NCBI GenBank assembly: GCA_030832645.1
Contig: JAURIR010000001.1
Coordinates: 1,333-65,332, forward strand
DNA length: 64,000 bases
Source: Chitinophagales bacterium
GTDB taxonomy: Bacteria; Bacteroidota; Bacteroidia; Chitinophagales; Chitinophagaceae
Direction: 5' to 3'
Shown: positions 1 to 8,799 of the stretch, piece after piece
How the letters are laid out: each line of letters starts with the position of its first letter
Numbering within the stretch: position 1 is the first letter of the stretch
Made by a program: the position numbers and the translations under genes
The notes under the pieces: model-generated
Database searches by the model: none
Seen by the model: the letters and a program-made list of their open reading frames with translations, nothing else
Told to the model about the DNA's origin: nothing

Positions 1-375
1 AAGGCAACCAAAAAAGCAACGGGCGAAACGTCCTCCTCAAAGAGTGCACAACCTGCTTCAAAATCAAAAAAGCAGGCAGACGACGATGATGATTTTGATG
101 AAGAGAACGATGCTCCCATGAAAAAATCAGCGAGTGCCCGCGAGGACGATGACGACGCGGATGTTGCAGACGATGACTGGGAAAAAGTAGACGACGACGA
201 AAACTGGGATCCAGATTTCGATGAATTCGATATACCCAAATCCAAAACAAAAAAATCTTCCGGTAAGAAGTCGTCAGACGATGATGATTTTGGTATCGAC
301 GAAGAGTTCAAAGACCTTGGCTTTGATGAGTACGGTGGAGGCGGAGGAGGATTTGACGAAGAAGACGACTTCTAA
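1..375 (+). CDS. 3' part of a hypothetical low-complexity protein with alternating Lys/Ser-rich and Asp/Glu-rich blocks (5' end outside window)
   Basis: Frame 1 is open from base 1 (KATKKATGETSSSKSAQPASKSKKQADDDDDFDEENDAPMKK...) to TAA at 373-375; the ORF-track Met at 118 is probably internal. Confidence 0.75.
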   Translation, partial: KATKKATGETSSSKSAQPASKSKKQADDDDDFDEENDAPMKKSASAREDDDDADVADDDWEKVDDDENWDPDFDEFDIPKSKTKKSSGKKSSDDDDFGIDEEFKDLGFDEYGGGGGGFDEEDDF

Positions 376-1377
376 TTAATTCTTTCCTTTCTTTTTCTTT
401 ACAGGCGGTTTCGGAGTTTCTTTTACTACAGGAAGCGGTGAGGGGAATCCTTCAATCTTTTTATTTCCCTCTTCTAAGATCCGCCACACAGATGCTTTGA
501 GAATTTGCTCTTTTTTAGAAATGAATTCGAGCTTTTTATTTACAGGAATTTTTAGCAGATAGTTCCCTTTCGAAACTTTCTCATTGAAAGAAGGATTCCA
601 GCTATTGAAACGGGCTATATCCAATCCTAGTAAAGTACATATTGCGTTCGCGTGATATCTCCCTGATACGACGATACTATCGAGTATTTTCAGTTCTTCT
701 GGCGAAATTGGAGCAGTGGTGGCAGTAATTTTTCCGGTTGTTTCACTTCCTTTTCCCTCAAAAATATAGTGTGTTGCAATGAACTTCTTCACATGGTTCC
801 TTGATTCGGCAGGTAACTCATTCTGTATGGCCCAGAAATCTTTTTTATCTTTTCTCTTGATGATATTGTCTAATCTGGCTGGTCCACCGTTGTAGGCGGC
901 AACTACCAACAACCAATCACCCAACTGTTCATGGAGCATTGATAAAAATCGTGCAGCAGCATGTGTGCTCTTGTTTAGGTCGGTGCGGTCGTCGCGGGAC
1001 TTGGTGACGGTGAGTCCCAATTCTTTTGCTGTTTCTGGCATCAATTGCCAGGGTCCTACAGCGCCTGCAGAGGAGAGCGCAGTGGATTGCAAGTTGGATT
1101 CAATTACTGCAAGGTATTTTAGGGAAGGGGGGAGGTGATAGCGTTTTAAAATAGTTTCAATCACCACAAAATACGGGGCACCCCATTCTTTCATTTTCAT
1201 CAAACGTTCTTGATGAACAGCTAAATAATCTTTCACAAATCCAATCGCTCTGGGATTCAATTCATCCCATGCAATATTTTTTTGAATCGAAGTATCACGC
1301 TGAAATGAACTTTTTGCTTCGGTAGTCAATTGAAGCAACAAAATACCTAGTAATATAAACCCTTTGCAACTACGCAT
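376..1377 (-). CDS. MltD-like lytic transglycosylase (SLT domain)
   Basis: LAVIES catalytic Glu, AVGPWQLMP and AAYNGG motifs; signal peptide; degenerate LysM-like C-terminal region. Confidence 0.88.
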   Translation of the reverse strand: MRSCKGFILLGILLLQLTTEAKSSFQRDTSIQKNIAWDELNPRAIGFVKDYLAVHQERLMKMKEWGAPYFVVIETILKRYHLPPSLKYLAVIESNLQSTALSSAGAVGPWQLMPETAKELGLTVTKSRDDRTDLNKSTHAAARFLSMLHEQLGDWLLVVAAYNGGPARLDNIIKRKDKKDFWAIQNELPAESRNHVKKFIATHYIFEGKGSETTGKITATTAPISPEELKILDSIVVSGRYHANAICTLLGLDIARFNSWNPSFNEKVSKGNYLLKIPVNKKLEFISKKEQILKASVWRILEEGNKKIEGFPSPLPVVKETPKPPVKKKKGKN

Positions 1378-2809
1378 GTTGAGGTGGATTCATCACACTA
1401 TTTGAAAACGCTAGCAACTTGCTTTCCTCTAATTTATTTGCCAGCACTTGAACCCCAAAAGGCATTCCATTCGAATGGTGAAAGAGCGGGAGGCTGATAC
1501 CGGCTACGCCTGCCAGGTTTGCGTAGACTGTATAGAGGTCACCTAAAAACATCTCAACTGCATCGTTGCTTTTCTCTCCAAATTTAAATGCAGGGGAAGG
1601 CGTTGTAGGAAGTATGATCAGGTCGTATTGATCAAATACTTCTTTTGTTTTTTCGAAAATCAGTTTTCGAACTTGTTGTGCTTTTGTATAATACGCATCG
1701 TAGTATCCAGTGCTCAAAACGAAGGTTCCTAACATGATTCTTCTTTTCACTTCTTTTCCAAAACCTTCTGATCTTGTTTTTTTATACAATCGATTCAAGT
1801 CCTGAATTTTTTCTTGACTTCTGAATCCAAATTTTACACCATCGTACCTGGAGAGGTTAGAGGATGCTTCGGCGGTTGTGAGTATATAATAGGCAGGTAC
1901 AATGTAATCGAGGAATTCAAAATTTACCGGTTCAATACTATGCCCTGCTGATTTTAAATCGTCTATCCACTGCACAATTTTTTCTTTGATCTCTTTGTCC
2001 AAGGAAGGATGCTCGAGGCATTGAGGGAAGTAGGCGATTTTGAAGGGGGAAGATTTTTTTATTTCGGCTGCATAATCTGGTACAGGAGAGGAGCTGCAAG
2101 TGCTGTCGTATTCATCGGCGCCTGCTATTACAGAAAGGAGGATAGCGGCATCTTCGATGTTAGTTGAAAAAATTCCAATTTGATCAAAGGAGGAAGCATA
2201 GGCCAACAATCCATAACGGGAAATTCTGCCATAACTGGGTTTCAGCCCAACGATGCCACAAAAATCTGCAGGTTGGCGGACAGAACCTCCTGTATCAGAA
2301 CCCAAACTTGCCATGCAAAGAGAGGCTTGCACAGCAACGGCAGATCCTCCAGAGGAGCCACCGGGCACTCTCGTTTCATCCAAGGCGTTCAAGACATTTC
2401 CATGGGATGAATTTTCGTTGGAAGAACCCATAGCAAATTCATCGCAGTTGAGGTTGCCAATGATGATTGCATCTTCGTCCAACAAATGTTGAACGGCAGT
2501 TGCATTATAAATTGCTGTGTAATTTTTTAAGATTTTTGAAGCAGCACCCACATGATGGTTATCATAGCAGAGTACATCTTTGATACCAATTACAACTCCA
2601 AACAATTTACCCCATGTTGCCGGGGCTGATAATTTCTTATCAAGTGCTTGGGCTCTTTCCAGTGCTTCATCAGCAAACACTTCAACGAATGCGTTTAAGT
2701 GTTTTTTTTCTTCAATTTTTTTTAGATAGGAGGAGACAATATCTGTGCAGGTAAGTTCACCGCACGACAATCTGTTTCGGAGTTCCGATATTGTTGTGTG
2801 ACTATACAA
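1370..2809 (-). CDS. gatA: Asp-tRNA(Asn)/Glu-tRNA(Gln) amidotransferase subunit A
   Basis: Amidase signature PGGSSGGSA, GSDTGGSVRQPA, DEFAMGSS, EASSNLSRYDG, EVKRRIMLGT. Confidence 0.95.
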   Translation of the reverse strand: MYSHTTISELRNRLSCGELTCTDIVSSYLKKIEEKKHLNAFVEVFADEALERAQALDKKLSAPATWGKLFGVVIGIKDVLCYDNHHVGAASKILKNYTAIYNATAVQHLLDEDAIIIGNLNCDEFAMGSSNENSSHGNVLNALDETRVPGGSSGGSAVAVQASLCMASLGSDTGGSVRQPADFCGIVGLKPSYGRISRYGLLAYASSFDQIGIFSTNIEDAAILLSVIAGADEYDSTCSSSPVPDYAAEIKKSSPFKIAYFPQCLEHPSLDKEIKEKIVQWIDDLKSAGHSIEPVNFEFLDYIVPAYYILTTAEASSNLSRYDGVKFGFRSQEKIQDLNRLYKKTRSEGFGKEVKRRIMLGTFVLSTGYYDAYYTKAQQVRKLIFEKTKEVFDQYDLIILPTTPSPAFKFGEKSNDAVEMFLGDLYTVYANLAGVAGISLPLFHHSNGMPFGVQVLANKLEESKLLAFSNSVMNPPQHA

Positions 2810-2829
2810 ACGTAACGTTGGAGAATTGA

Positions 2830-3045
2830 TTAGCTGGCCTGCTGGTTGTCTTTCTCTTTCATACCGTCTTCAATTTCTTTCTTCACATTCGACTTGGCGT
2901 CGTTGAACTCACGGATACCTTTTCCAAGTCCGCGCATGAATTCAGGTATTTTACGTCCCCCAAAAAGGATGAGAACTGCCAATATGATAAAAATCCATTC
3001 AGAACCACCCGGCATTGCTAACAAAAAATCGCTATGGAACATCAT
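2830..3045 (-). CDS. tatA: Twin-arginine translocase TatA/TatE subunit
   Basis: GGSEW-TM helix-FGGRKIPEFMRGLGKGIREF pattern. Confidence 0.93.
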   Translation of the reverse strand: MMFHSDFLLAMPGGSEWIFIILAVLILFGGRKIPEFMRGLGKGIREFNDAKSNVKKEIEDGMKEKDNQQAS

Positions 3046-3067
3046 AATCTTGTTTTTTGATCGATAA

Positions 3068-3075
3068 CAAATGTA
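3068..3075 (-). promoter_or_regulatory. Bacteroidota primary-sigma -7 promoter element for tatA-gatA-mltD
   Basis: TACATTTG on the minus strand matches TAnnTTTG, ~23 nt before the tatA start. Confidence 0.6.
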
Positions 3076-3111
3076 ATGTTTTTTTATTCGAATCGTTTCG
3101 ATAGGGGATAT

Positions 3112-3137
3112 AAAAAATCCCGCACCAGGGCGGGATT
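3112..3137 (-). terminator. Intrinsic terminator after rplS
   Basis: 8-bp stem AATCCCGC/GCGGGATT with 6-nt loop, followed by a U-run on the minus strand. Confidence 0.8.
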
Positions 3138-3158
3138 AACAAAATATTATTGAGGAGA

Positions 3159-3512
3159 TTATTTAACTCTTTTTTCCTTGATTCTTGCGCTCTTACCGCT
3201 TCTTGTTCTCAAGAAATACAATTTAGCTCTGCGCACCTTACCTGTTTTGTTCAATACGATGGATTCGATGTTGGGAGAAGCTACTGGAAAGGTTCTTTCA
3301 ACACCTACACCGTCAGAAATTTTTCTTACAGTGAATGTGGCAGTGCTTGCTTGTCCCTGGCGCTTGATTACATCACCCTTGAAACTCTGGATTCTCTCCT
3401 TGTTTCCTTCGATGATTTTATAATTTACGGTGATATTGTCACCTGCTTTGAAGGCGGGATGGTTTGACTTGGGAGTCAACTGCTCATGTACAAACGCGAT
3501 AGCTTGATTCAT
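3159..3512 (-). CDS. rplS: 50S ribosomal protein L19
   Basis: [45 protein letters not shown]; start set at ATG 3512; -7-like TAACTTCG at 3532-3539. Confidence 0.97.
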   Translation of the reverse strand: MNQAIAFVHEQLTPKSNHPAFKAGDNITVNYKIIEGNKERIQSFKGDVIKRQGQASTATFTVRKISDGVGVERTFPVASPNIESIVLNKTGKVRRAKLYFLRTRSGKSARIKEKRVK

Positions 3513-3569
3513 AACCAAAAATTTTGGACGGCGAAGTTAAGGAAATAGGGGTTCACGACAAAATCATGT

Positions 3570-5135
3570 TTATCTGGCAAGGTTAACAGCTCTTTTCTCG
3601 CGGATCACGGTTACCCTGATTTGGCCGGGGTAGGTCATTTCCGTCTGAATCTTTTGTGCCATCTCAAAACTGAGCTTCTCGCTGTCGCCATCGGATACCT
3701 TGTCGGCCTCCACGATCACACGCAATTCCCTTCCTGCCTGAATGGCGTAGGCTTTTTCTACTCCACTGTACGTCATGGCCAGGTTTTCCAGGTCCTTGAT
3801 ACGCTGGATGTATTGTTGCATGATCTCCCTGCGGGCACCCGGACGAGCACCGCTGATGGCGTCGCAGGCCTGAATGATTGGAGAGATCACATACTGCATT
3901 TCTGTTTCGTCGTGGTGAGCAGCAATGGCGTTTACAACAGCTGGGTTTTCACCGTATTTTTCGGCAAGTTTTCCTCCTAAAAGCGCATGGCTCAATTCCG
4001 TTTCTTCGTCCGGAACTTTTCCGATATCGTGCAGCAAGCCTGCTCTTTTAGCCAGCTTCGGATTCAATCCCAATTCAGCTGCCATGATGCCACACAAATT
4101 GGCAACCTCACGGCTATGCATGAGTAGGTTTTGTCCATAAGATGACCTGAACCTCATTTTACCAACAATACGAACAAGCTCTTTGTGAAGACCGTGTATT
4201 CCCAATTCAATGATGGTTCTTTCGCCAATTTCCATCACCTGCTCTTCCAGTTGCTTGCGGGTCTTTTCAACAACCTCCTCGATACGCGCCGGATGAATTC
4301 TTCCATCGCTAACCAAACGTTGTAGTGAAAGACGGGCTATTTCTCTTCTCAATGGATCAAAGGATGAAAGGATGATGGCTTCAGGTGTATCGTCTACCAC
4401 CAAATCCACTCCGGTTGCGGCTTCTATCGCACGGATATTTCTTCCTTCTCGTCCGATGATTTGACCTTTGATTTCATCGCTTTCCAGTTGAAACACGGTT
4501 ACCGTATTTTCTATGGTTTGCTCTGCAGCAGTACGCTGTATGCTTTGAATGACAATTTTTCTGGCTTCTTTGTTAGCCTTTTGACGAGCGTCTTCGATAA
4601 TTTCCTGTTGTAAAGAAAGCGCTCTTGTTTGCGCTTCTTGCTTCAAGCTCTCGATCAATTGAGTTTTTGCATCTTCAGCACTCAATCCTGCAATTTTTTC
4701 CAGCTTCCTGATATGTTCTTCCTGGTGCTTTTCGAGTTCAGTTCTTTTTTGGTTGACAACCTCAATCTGCCTGTTCAAATGTTCTTTGATGGAATCATTT
4801 TCCTTGATTTGTTTGTCTAACTGCTCGGTTTTTTGATTGATGGTAAGCTCTTTCTGCTTGATCCTGTTTTCCGCATCGTTGACCTTTCGGTTCTTTTCCA
4901 ATACCTCTTTGTCGTGCTCAGATTTCAGCTGAACAAACTTTTCCTTGGCCTCAAGTAACCTTTCTTTCTTTAGATTTTCTGACTTTAAATTGGCATCTTC
5001 TAGAATTTGCGCTGCTTTTCTTTCTGCCTCTTCAATCTTTGTTTTTGAATTTTTACCGAAAATTCTACCCAAAAGGAGTCCGAATACAATGGACACGATC
5101 CCTGTTATGATGGGTATAATGAGTTGCGATTCCAT
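3570..5135 (-). CDS. rny: Ribonuclease Y
   Basis: N-terminal TM, coiled coil, KH motif [11 protein letters not shown] motif [19 protein letters not shown]; -7-like TAACTTCG at 5204-5211. Confidence 0.97.
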   Translation of the reverse strand: MESQLIIPIITGIVSIVFGLLLGRIFGKNSKTKIEEAERKAAQILEDANLKSENLKKERLLEAKEKFVQLKSEHDKEVLEKNRKVNDAENRIKQKELTINQKTEQLDKQIKENDSIKEHLNRQIEVVNQKRTELEKHQEEHIRKLEKIAGLSAEDAKTQLIESLKQEAQTRALSLQQEIIEDARQKANKEARKIVIQSIQRTAAEQTIENTVTVFQLESDEIKGQIIGREGRNIRAIEAATGVDLVVDDTPEAIILSSFDPLRREIARLSLQRLVSDGRIHPARIEEVVEKTRKQLEEQVMEIGERTIIELGIHGLHKELVRIVGKMRFRSSYGQNLLMHSREVANLCGIMAAELGLNPKLAKRAGLLHDIGKVPDEETELSHALLGGKLAEKYGENPAVVNAIAAHHDETEMQYVISPIIQACDAISGARPGARREIMQQYIQRIKDLENLAMTYSGVEKAYAIQAGRELRVIVEADKVSDGDSEKLSFEMAQKIQTEMTYPGQIRVTVIREKRAVNLAR

Positions 5136-5247
5136 GAATAATTGTTTTTTTCTGTTTCATAATCAATCCCTTCGAAAATATTTCATACGGGGGCAATAGT
5201 CGACGAAGTTAACGAAAAAAGCCCTAAATCTCTCGTTAAAAATGGGG

Positions 5248-5538
5248 CTATTTGCTGTTCAATGCTTTATCCAGAATGGACTCAATTGATTGAAAATCAA
5301 TACTTGATGTGATTGAATCGGTGGAAGGGGTGGCATTGGATTGCTCGGAAACAATAGAAAGAAGTACCATGGCCAGGTAGTCTTGCATGTCCTTACCTGC
5401 ATACTGCGATTTGTAGGTTGCCAGTTGCTCGTTGAGCTTTTTTGCCATTTTTCTCACCTTTTCCTCTTCATTGGCCTCGATTTTGATTCTGTATGTGCGA
5501 TCGCCAACGACAATATTTATGGGGATCAAATTTTGCAT
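5248..5538 (-). CDS. zapA: Cell division protein ZapA
   Basis: INIVVGDRTYRIKI...EEEKVR...KDMQDYLAM pattern; position upstream of rny. Confidence 0.88.
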   Translation of the reverse strand: MQNLIPINIVVGDRTYRIKIEANEEEKVRKMAKKLNEQLATYKSQYAGKDMQDYLAMVLLSIVSEQSNATPSTDSITSSIDFQSIESILDKALNSK

Positions 5539-5633
5539 TTTAGTATATATTATCTATGTTTATACACAATTTATTCACTATCCAAGGAAAAACATGAACT
5601 CTAAATTCTAACAAATTAAAGATTGCTCTACTC

Positions 5634-5888
5634 ATGTTTGCCAAAACGAAAACTCCAACATTCATTGATAATTTAACCATCGAATTAGACGACGTGGTTG
5701 CTTCACCCCTGCATGTTGTATTGCTTAGTGAAGATGGTAAAATATGCTGTAAAACTCAAAAGTTAATTTCCACAGCAAGTACTTCCTTTTGCATCGAGGG
5801 ACTCAGTGAATTGCCCTATGGTGTATATACACTACAATGTTCTCAAGGGGATGAAACGGTTGAATGCAAGGCGGTAAAACGTATCTAA
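5634..5888 (+). CDS. Hypothetical 84-aa protein resembling a stand-alone T9SS C-terminal (type A CTD) domain
   Basis: Fills the gap between zapB-like and zapA; ends LSELPYGVYTL...KAVKRI like CTD beta-sandwiches; no signal peptide. Confidence 0.6.
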   Translation: MFAKTKTPTFIDNLTIELDDVVASPLHVVLLSEDGKICCKTQKLISTASTSFCIEGLSELPYGVYTLQCSQGDETVECKAVKRI

Positions 5889-6178
5889 ACCTGATCGCCC
5901 AATTGAGCGATGCACTTGTCGATTTCCTTGATGTATTCGTTGATCTTTTTTTCCAAAGCAGACTTTGCTTCTTTCGCATCTTCAGATTCGGTTGCTTTCA
6001 GCATGTTTAATTGCAAAGTAATTTGATCGTTCTTCTCTCTCAATGCATCTGCCACAACCTTTGTTTCCTCTACATCTTTTTTCAAACGGGTATTTTCTTT
6101 TTGCAAGTCATGGTACTTGTCTACTAAATTGACAAGCTTTTCCTGAATTCGTTGGATATGATCTTGTGTGGTTGCCAT
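5885..6178 (-). CDS. ZapB-like coiled-coil protein
   Basis: All-helical heptad sequence ending KINEYIKEIDKCIAQL; translationally coupled to pheT (TAATG overlap). Confidence 0.75.
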   Translation of the reverse strand: MATTQDHIQRIQEKLVNLVDKYHDLQKENTRLKKDVEETKVVADALREKNDQITLQLNMLKATESEDAKEAKSALEKKINEYIKEIDKCIAQLGDQV

Positions 6179-8604
6179 TACTTACGTACTTCCGCTTGAA
6201 GGTGTTTTTCTAAGTGTGTGGTGATCTTATTCATCATTTTTTCTATCTCCTCGTCTTTCATGGTTTTGGTCTCATCCAAAAAAGTGAAATTCATCGCCAT
6301 CGATTGTTTCTCTTTTCCCAACTTCTCACTTTTGAATATATCGAACAGTCGATACGACTTGAGTTGAGGGATTTGTAATGAAGTTAATACTTTTTCAATT
6401 TCAGCATAGGCAAGGTGTTCGCTTGCTACAAAGGATAGGTCTCTTTGAACCGGAGGGAATTTGGAAATCTCCTTGTAGCGGATTGAATGACAGGATGCTG
6501 CTTCTAGCCATGTTTTCCAAGCTATATCTGCATACCAAACTGGCGTCTTGATATCAAAATGTTTGAGGAGCGCCTCGGATGGTTTTGCAATAAGCGCAAT
6601 TCTCTTTTTGTTAAAAGTACCTTCAATGGCTGCATCAAATTTTGGATGTTGAAGTACGTTGTATTGAATGCCTTGGATGCCTGCTTGTAATTCAAGTGAT
6701 TCGATCACTCCTTTCAAGAAATACAAATCTGCATTTGTTTCTTTGCTATTCCATGTGGTGGGATGCAATACACCTGTTGCAAACAATGCCAAATGATCTT
6801 CCTCTACATAGTTGTTTTCTGAGCGATGATAGGTTTTTCCGAATTCAAACAACTTTACATTCTCGTTTCGGTGATGGATATTTCGGGCAATGGTTTCAAG
6901 TCCAGTTTCCATCATACTGTATCTCAACATATCAAGCTCTGAACTCAAATTGTTCAGCATTCTAACTGATATTTTCAATTCTTCCTCTGTATAATTTTTA
7001 CTGTTCGTAATAGAGTTATTCAACATCTCATTGAATCCCATTCCTGTTAGCAATGATGCGGTTTTTTCTCTCAGAACTGCATCGTTGTTGTGAGTCGATG
7101 TAGCGGGAGTTATACTGATGCGGGTAGGAATTTCAATGTTGTCGAATCCATCAATTCTCATGATTTCTTCCACCAAGTCGGCAGGAATGCTGACATCTGT
7201 TTTGTGTGTGGGTACTTTCAGCGACAATCCTTCGGATGATTCCTTCACACATTCGAAGCCCATGTTCAATAAAATATTTTTCACTGTTGTGGAAGGATAT
7301 GCTTTGCCGCTTAATTTTTTTACATATGCATACTCCAATGTCACTGTTGGTTGTTCAGCAGGTGTTGGATACACATCAATGATTTGAGTGTCCACCTTTC
7401 CTCCAGTTATTTCGGTAATGAGCACAGCAGCTTTTTTCAATGCATCAACTGTGTGTCCGATATCGACACTTTTTTCAAAATGCATGGCAGCATCGGTTCT
7501 GAGTTGATGACTGAAAGATGTTTTTCGAATTGCCACCGGATGAAACCACGCGCTTTCCAGAAAAATATTTTTTGTAGCAGTGCTTACTCCTGAATGCAAT
7601 CCTCCGAAAACACCTCCCATACACAAGGGATTGCTTTCTTCGTCGCATATCATTAGATCGTTGTCGTTCAACGTCCTATTTTTTTCATCCAGGCTTACAA
7701 ATGCAGTTCCTTTCGGTAGATTCTTTACTCGGATGCCGGCACCTTTGATTTGATCTGCATCAAATGCATGAAGCGGTTGGCCGGTATCGTGTAGAATATA
7801 ATTGGTGATGTCTACAATTGCATTGATGGATCGCTGTCCGATCGATTTCAATCGTTGTTGCATCCATACAGGAGAGGCAACGATGTTTACTCCTGCTATG
7901 TAAGCGCCTGCATATCTTTTGCAATCTTTTTGATTTTCGATGGTCACCTTGATGGGGCAAGGTTTGTTGGAGGTTGAAATATCACTTTTCAATCGAGTGA
8001 TGGGTTGAATGGACGTGCCCTCGTGATGATTCAGCCAGGTACAAATATCACGGGCCACACCAAAGTGGCTCATTGCATCACTTCTGTTGGGGGTTAATCC
8101 AATGGAAATTACATGATCTTCGTATGGATTGAAAAGACTCGAAACAGCTATGCCTACTGGTGTTTCGGCTGGTAATACTTTTATTCCATTGTGATCGGTT
8201 CCCAATCCGATTTCATCTTCTGCGCATATCATTCCCTGACTTTCTATGCTTCGGATTTTTGCAGCTTTCATCGTAATTGGTTCACCGGTTGTTGGGAAAA
8301 TCGTTGTACCAATGGGAGCTACAATAACTTTCTGACCCTTTGCAACATTGGGTGCTCCACAAACAATTTGCAATGGTTGATCTCCACCAACATGTACAGT
8401 AGTAACCGAAAGTCTATCGGCATTCGGATGTTTTTCAACTGTCAGCACCTCTCCAGTCACCAATCCTGCCAAGTTTCCCTTGATTTCCTGGTAGGCATCA
8501 TAACCCTCTACTTCCAAACCTATGGAATTCAAGATGAGGTTCAACTTTTCATGTGGGATCGGTTCTTGGAAATAGTCCATCAACCATTTGTAAGAAATTG
8601 TCAT
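6178..8604 (-). CDS. pheT: Phenylalanine--tRNA ligase beta subunit
   Basis: MTISYKWL start, HPNADRL, IVCGAPNV, LTPNRSDAMSH, FPPVQRDLSF; start moved from 8658 to ATG 8604. Confidence 0.97.
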   Translation of the reverse strand: MTISYKWLMDYFQEPIPHEKLNLILNSIGLEVEGYDAYQEIKGNLAGLVTGEVLTVEKHPNADRLSVTTVHVGGDQPLQIVCGAPNVAKGQKVIVAPIGTTIFPTTGEPITMKAAKIRSIESQGMICAEDEIGLGTDHNGIKVLPAETPVGIAVSSLFNPYEDHVISIGLTPNRSDAMSHFGVARDICTWLNHHEGTSIQPITRLKSDISTSNKPCPIKVTIENQKDCKRYAGAYIAGVNIVASPVWMQQRLKSIGQRSINAIVDITNYILHDTGQPLHAFDADQIKGAGIRVKNLPKGTAFVSLDEKNRTLNDNDLMICDEESNPLCMGGVFGGLHSGVSTATKNIFLESAWFHPVAIRKTSFSHQLRTDAAMHFEKSVDIGHTVDALKKAAVLITEITGGKVDTQIIDVYPTPAEQPTVTLEYAYVKKLSGKAYPSTTVKNILLNMGFECVKESSEGLSLKVPTHKTDVSIPADLVEEIMRIDGFDNIEIPTRISITPATSTHNNDAVLREKTASLLTGMGFNEMLNNSITNSKNYTEEELKISVRMLNNLSSELDMLRYSMMETGLETIARNIHHRNENVKLFEFGKTYHRSENNYVEEDHLALFATGVLHPTTWNSKETNADLYFLKGVIESLELQAGIQGIQYNVLQHPKFDAAIEGTFNKKRIALIAKPSEALLKHFDIKTPVWYADIAWKTWLEAASCHSIRYKEISKFPPVQRDLSFVASEHLAYAEIEKVLTSLQIPQLKSYRLFDIFKSEKLGKEKQSMAMNFTFLDETKTMKDEEIEKMMNKITTHLEKHLQAEVRK

Positions 8605-8608
8605 GTCG

Positions 8609-8616
8609 CAAAGATA
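8609..8616 (-). promoter_or_regulatory. -7 promoter element 4 nt upstream of the pheT ATG
   Basis: Minus strand reads TATCTTTG-CGAC-ATG. Confidence 0.65.
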
Positions 8617-8631
8617 AGGCAAGCCCCTAAT

Positions 8632-8707
8632 TGTTAATAGCACCCTTTGTGATGTCAATAACCGCGGAAATTATGTGCATAGCATTGTGTATTGCCTGTT
8701 ACCAACA
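8632..8707. promoter_or_regulatory. Cluster of degenerate DnaA-box-like 9-mers between pheT and dnaB
   Basis: TGTTAATAG 8632, TGTCAATAA 8653, TGTGCATAG 8674, TGTGTATTG 8686, TTACCAACA 8699; 1-2 mismatches to TTWTNCACA. Confidence 0.4.
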
Positions 8708-8799
8708 AATGTTTTTTTAAAATAGGGGTGCTTTAGGCCCTGCTTCTTATATTCGCTGTTGACTTTTAAAATTTACAAAATCATAGAAAGTAAGCACTC

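Noticed and set aside
5136-5247. 6S RNA downstream of zapA, as in the E. coli zapA-ssrS arrangement
   Set aside because: The spacer is only 112 bp, shows no long rod-like self-complementarity and contains a probable rny promoter
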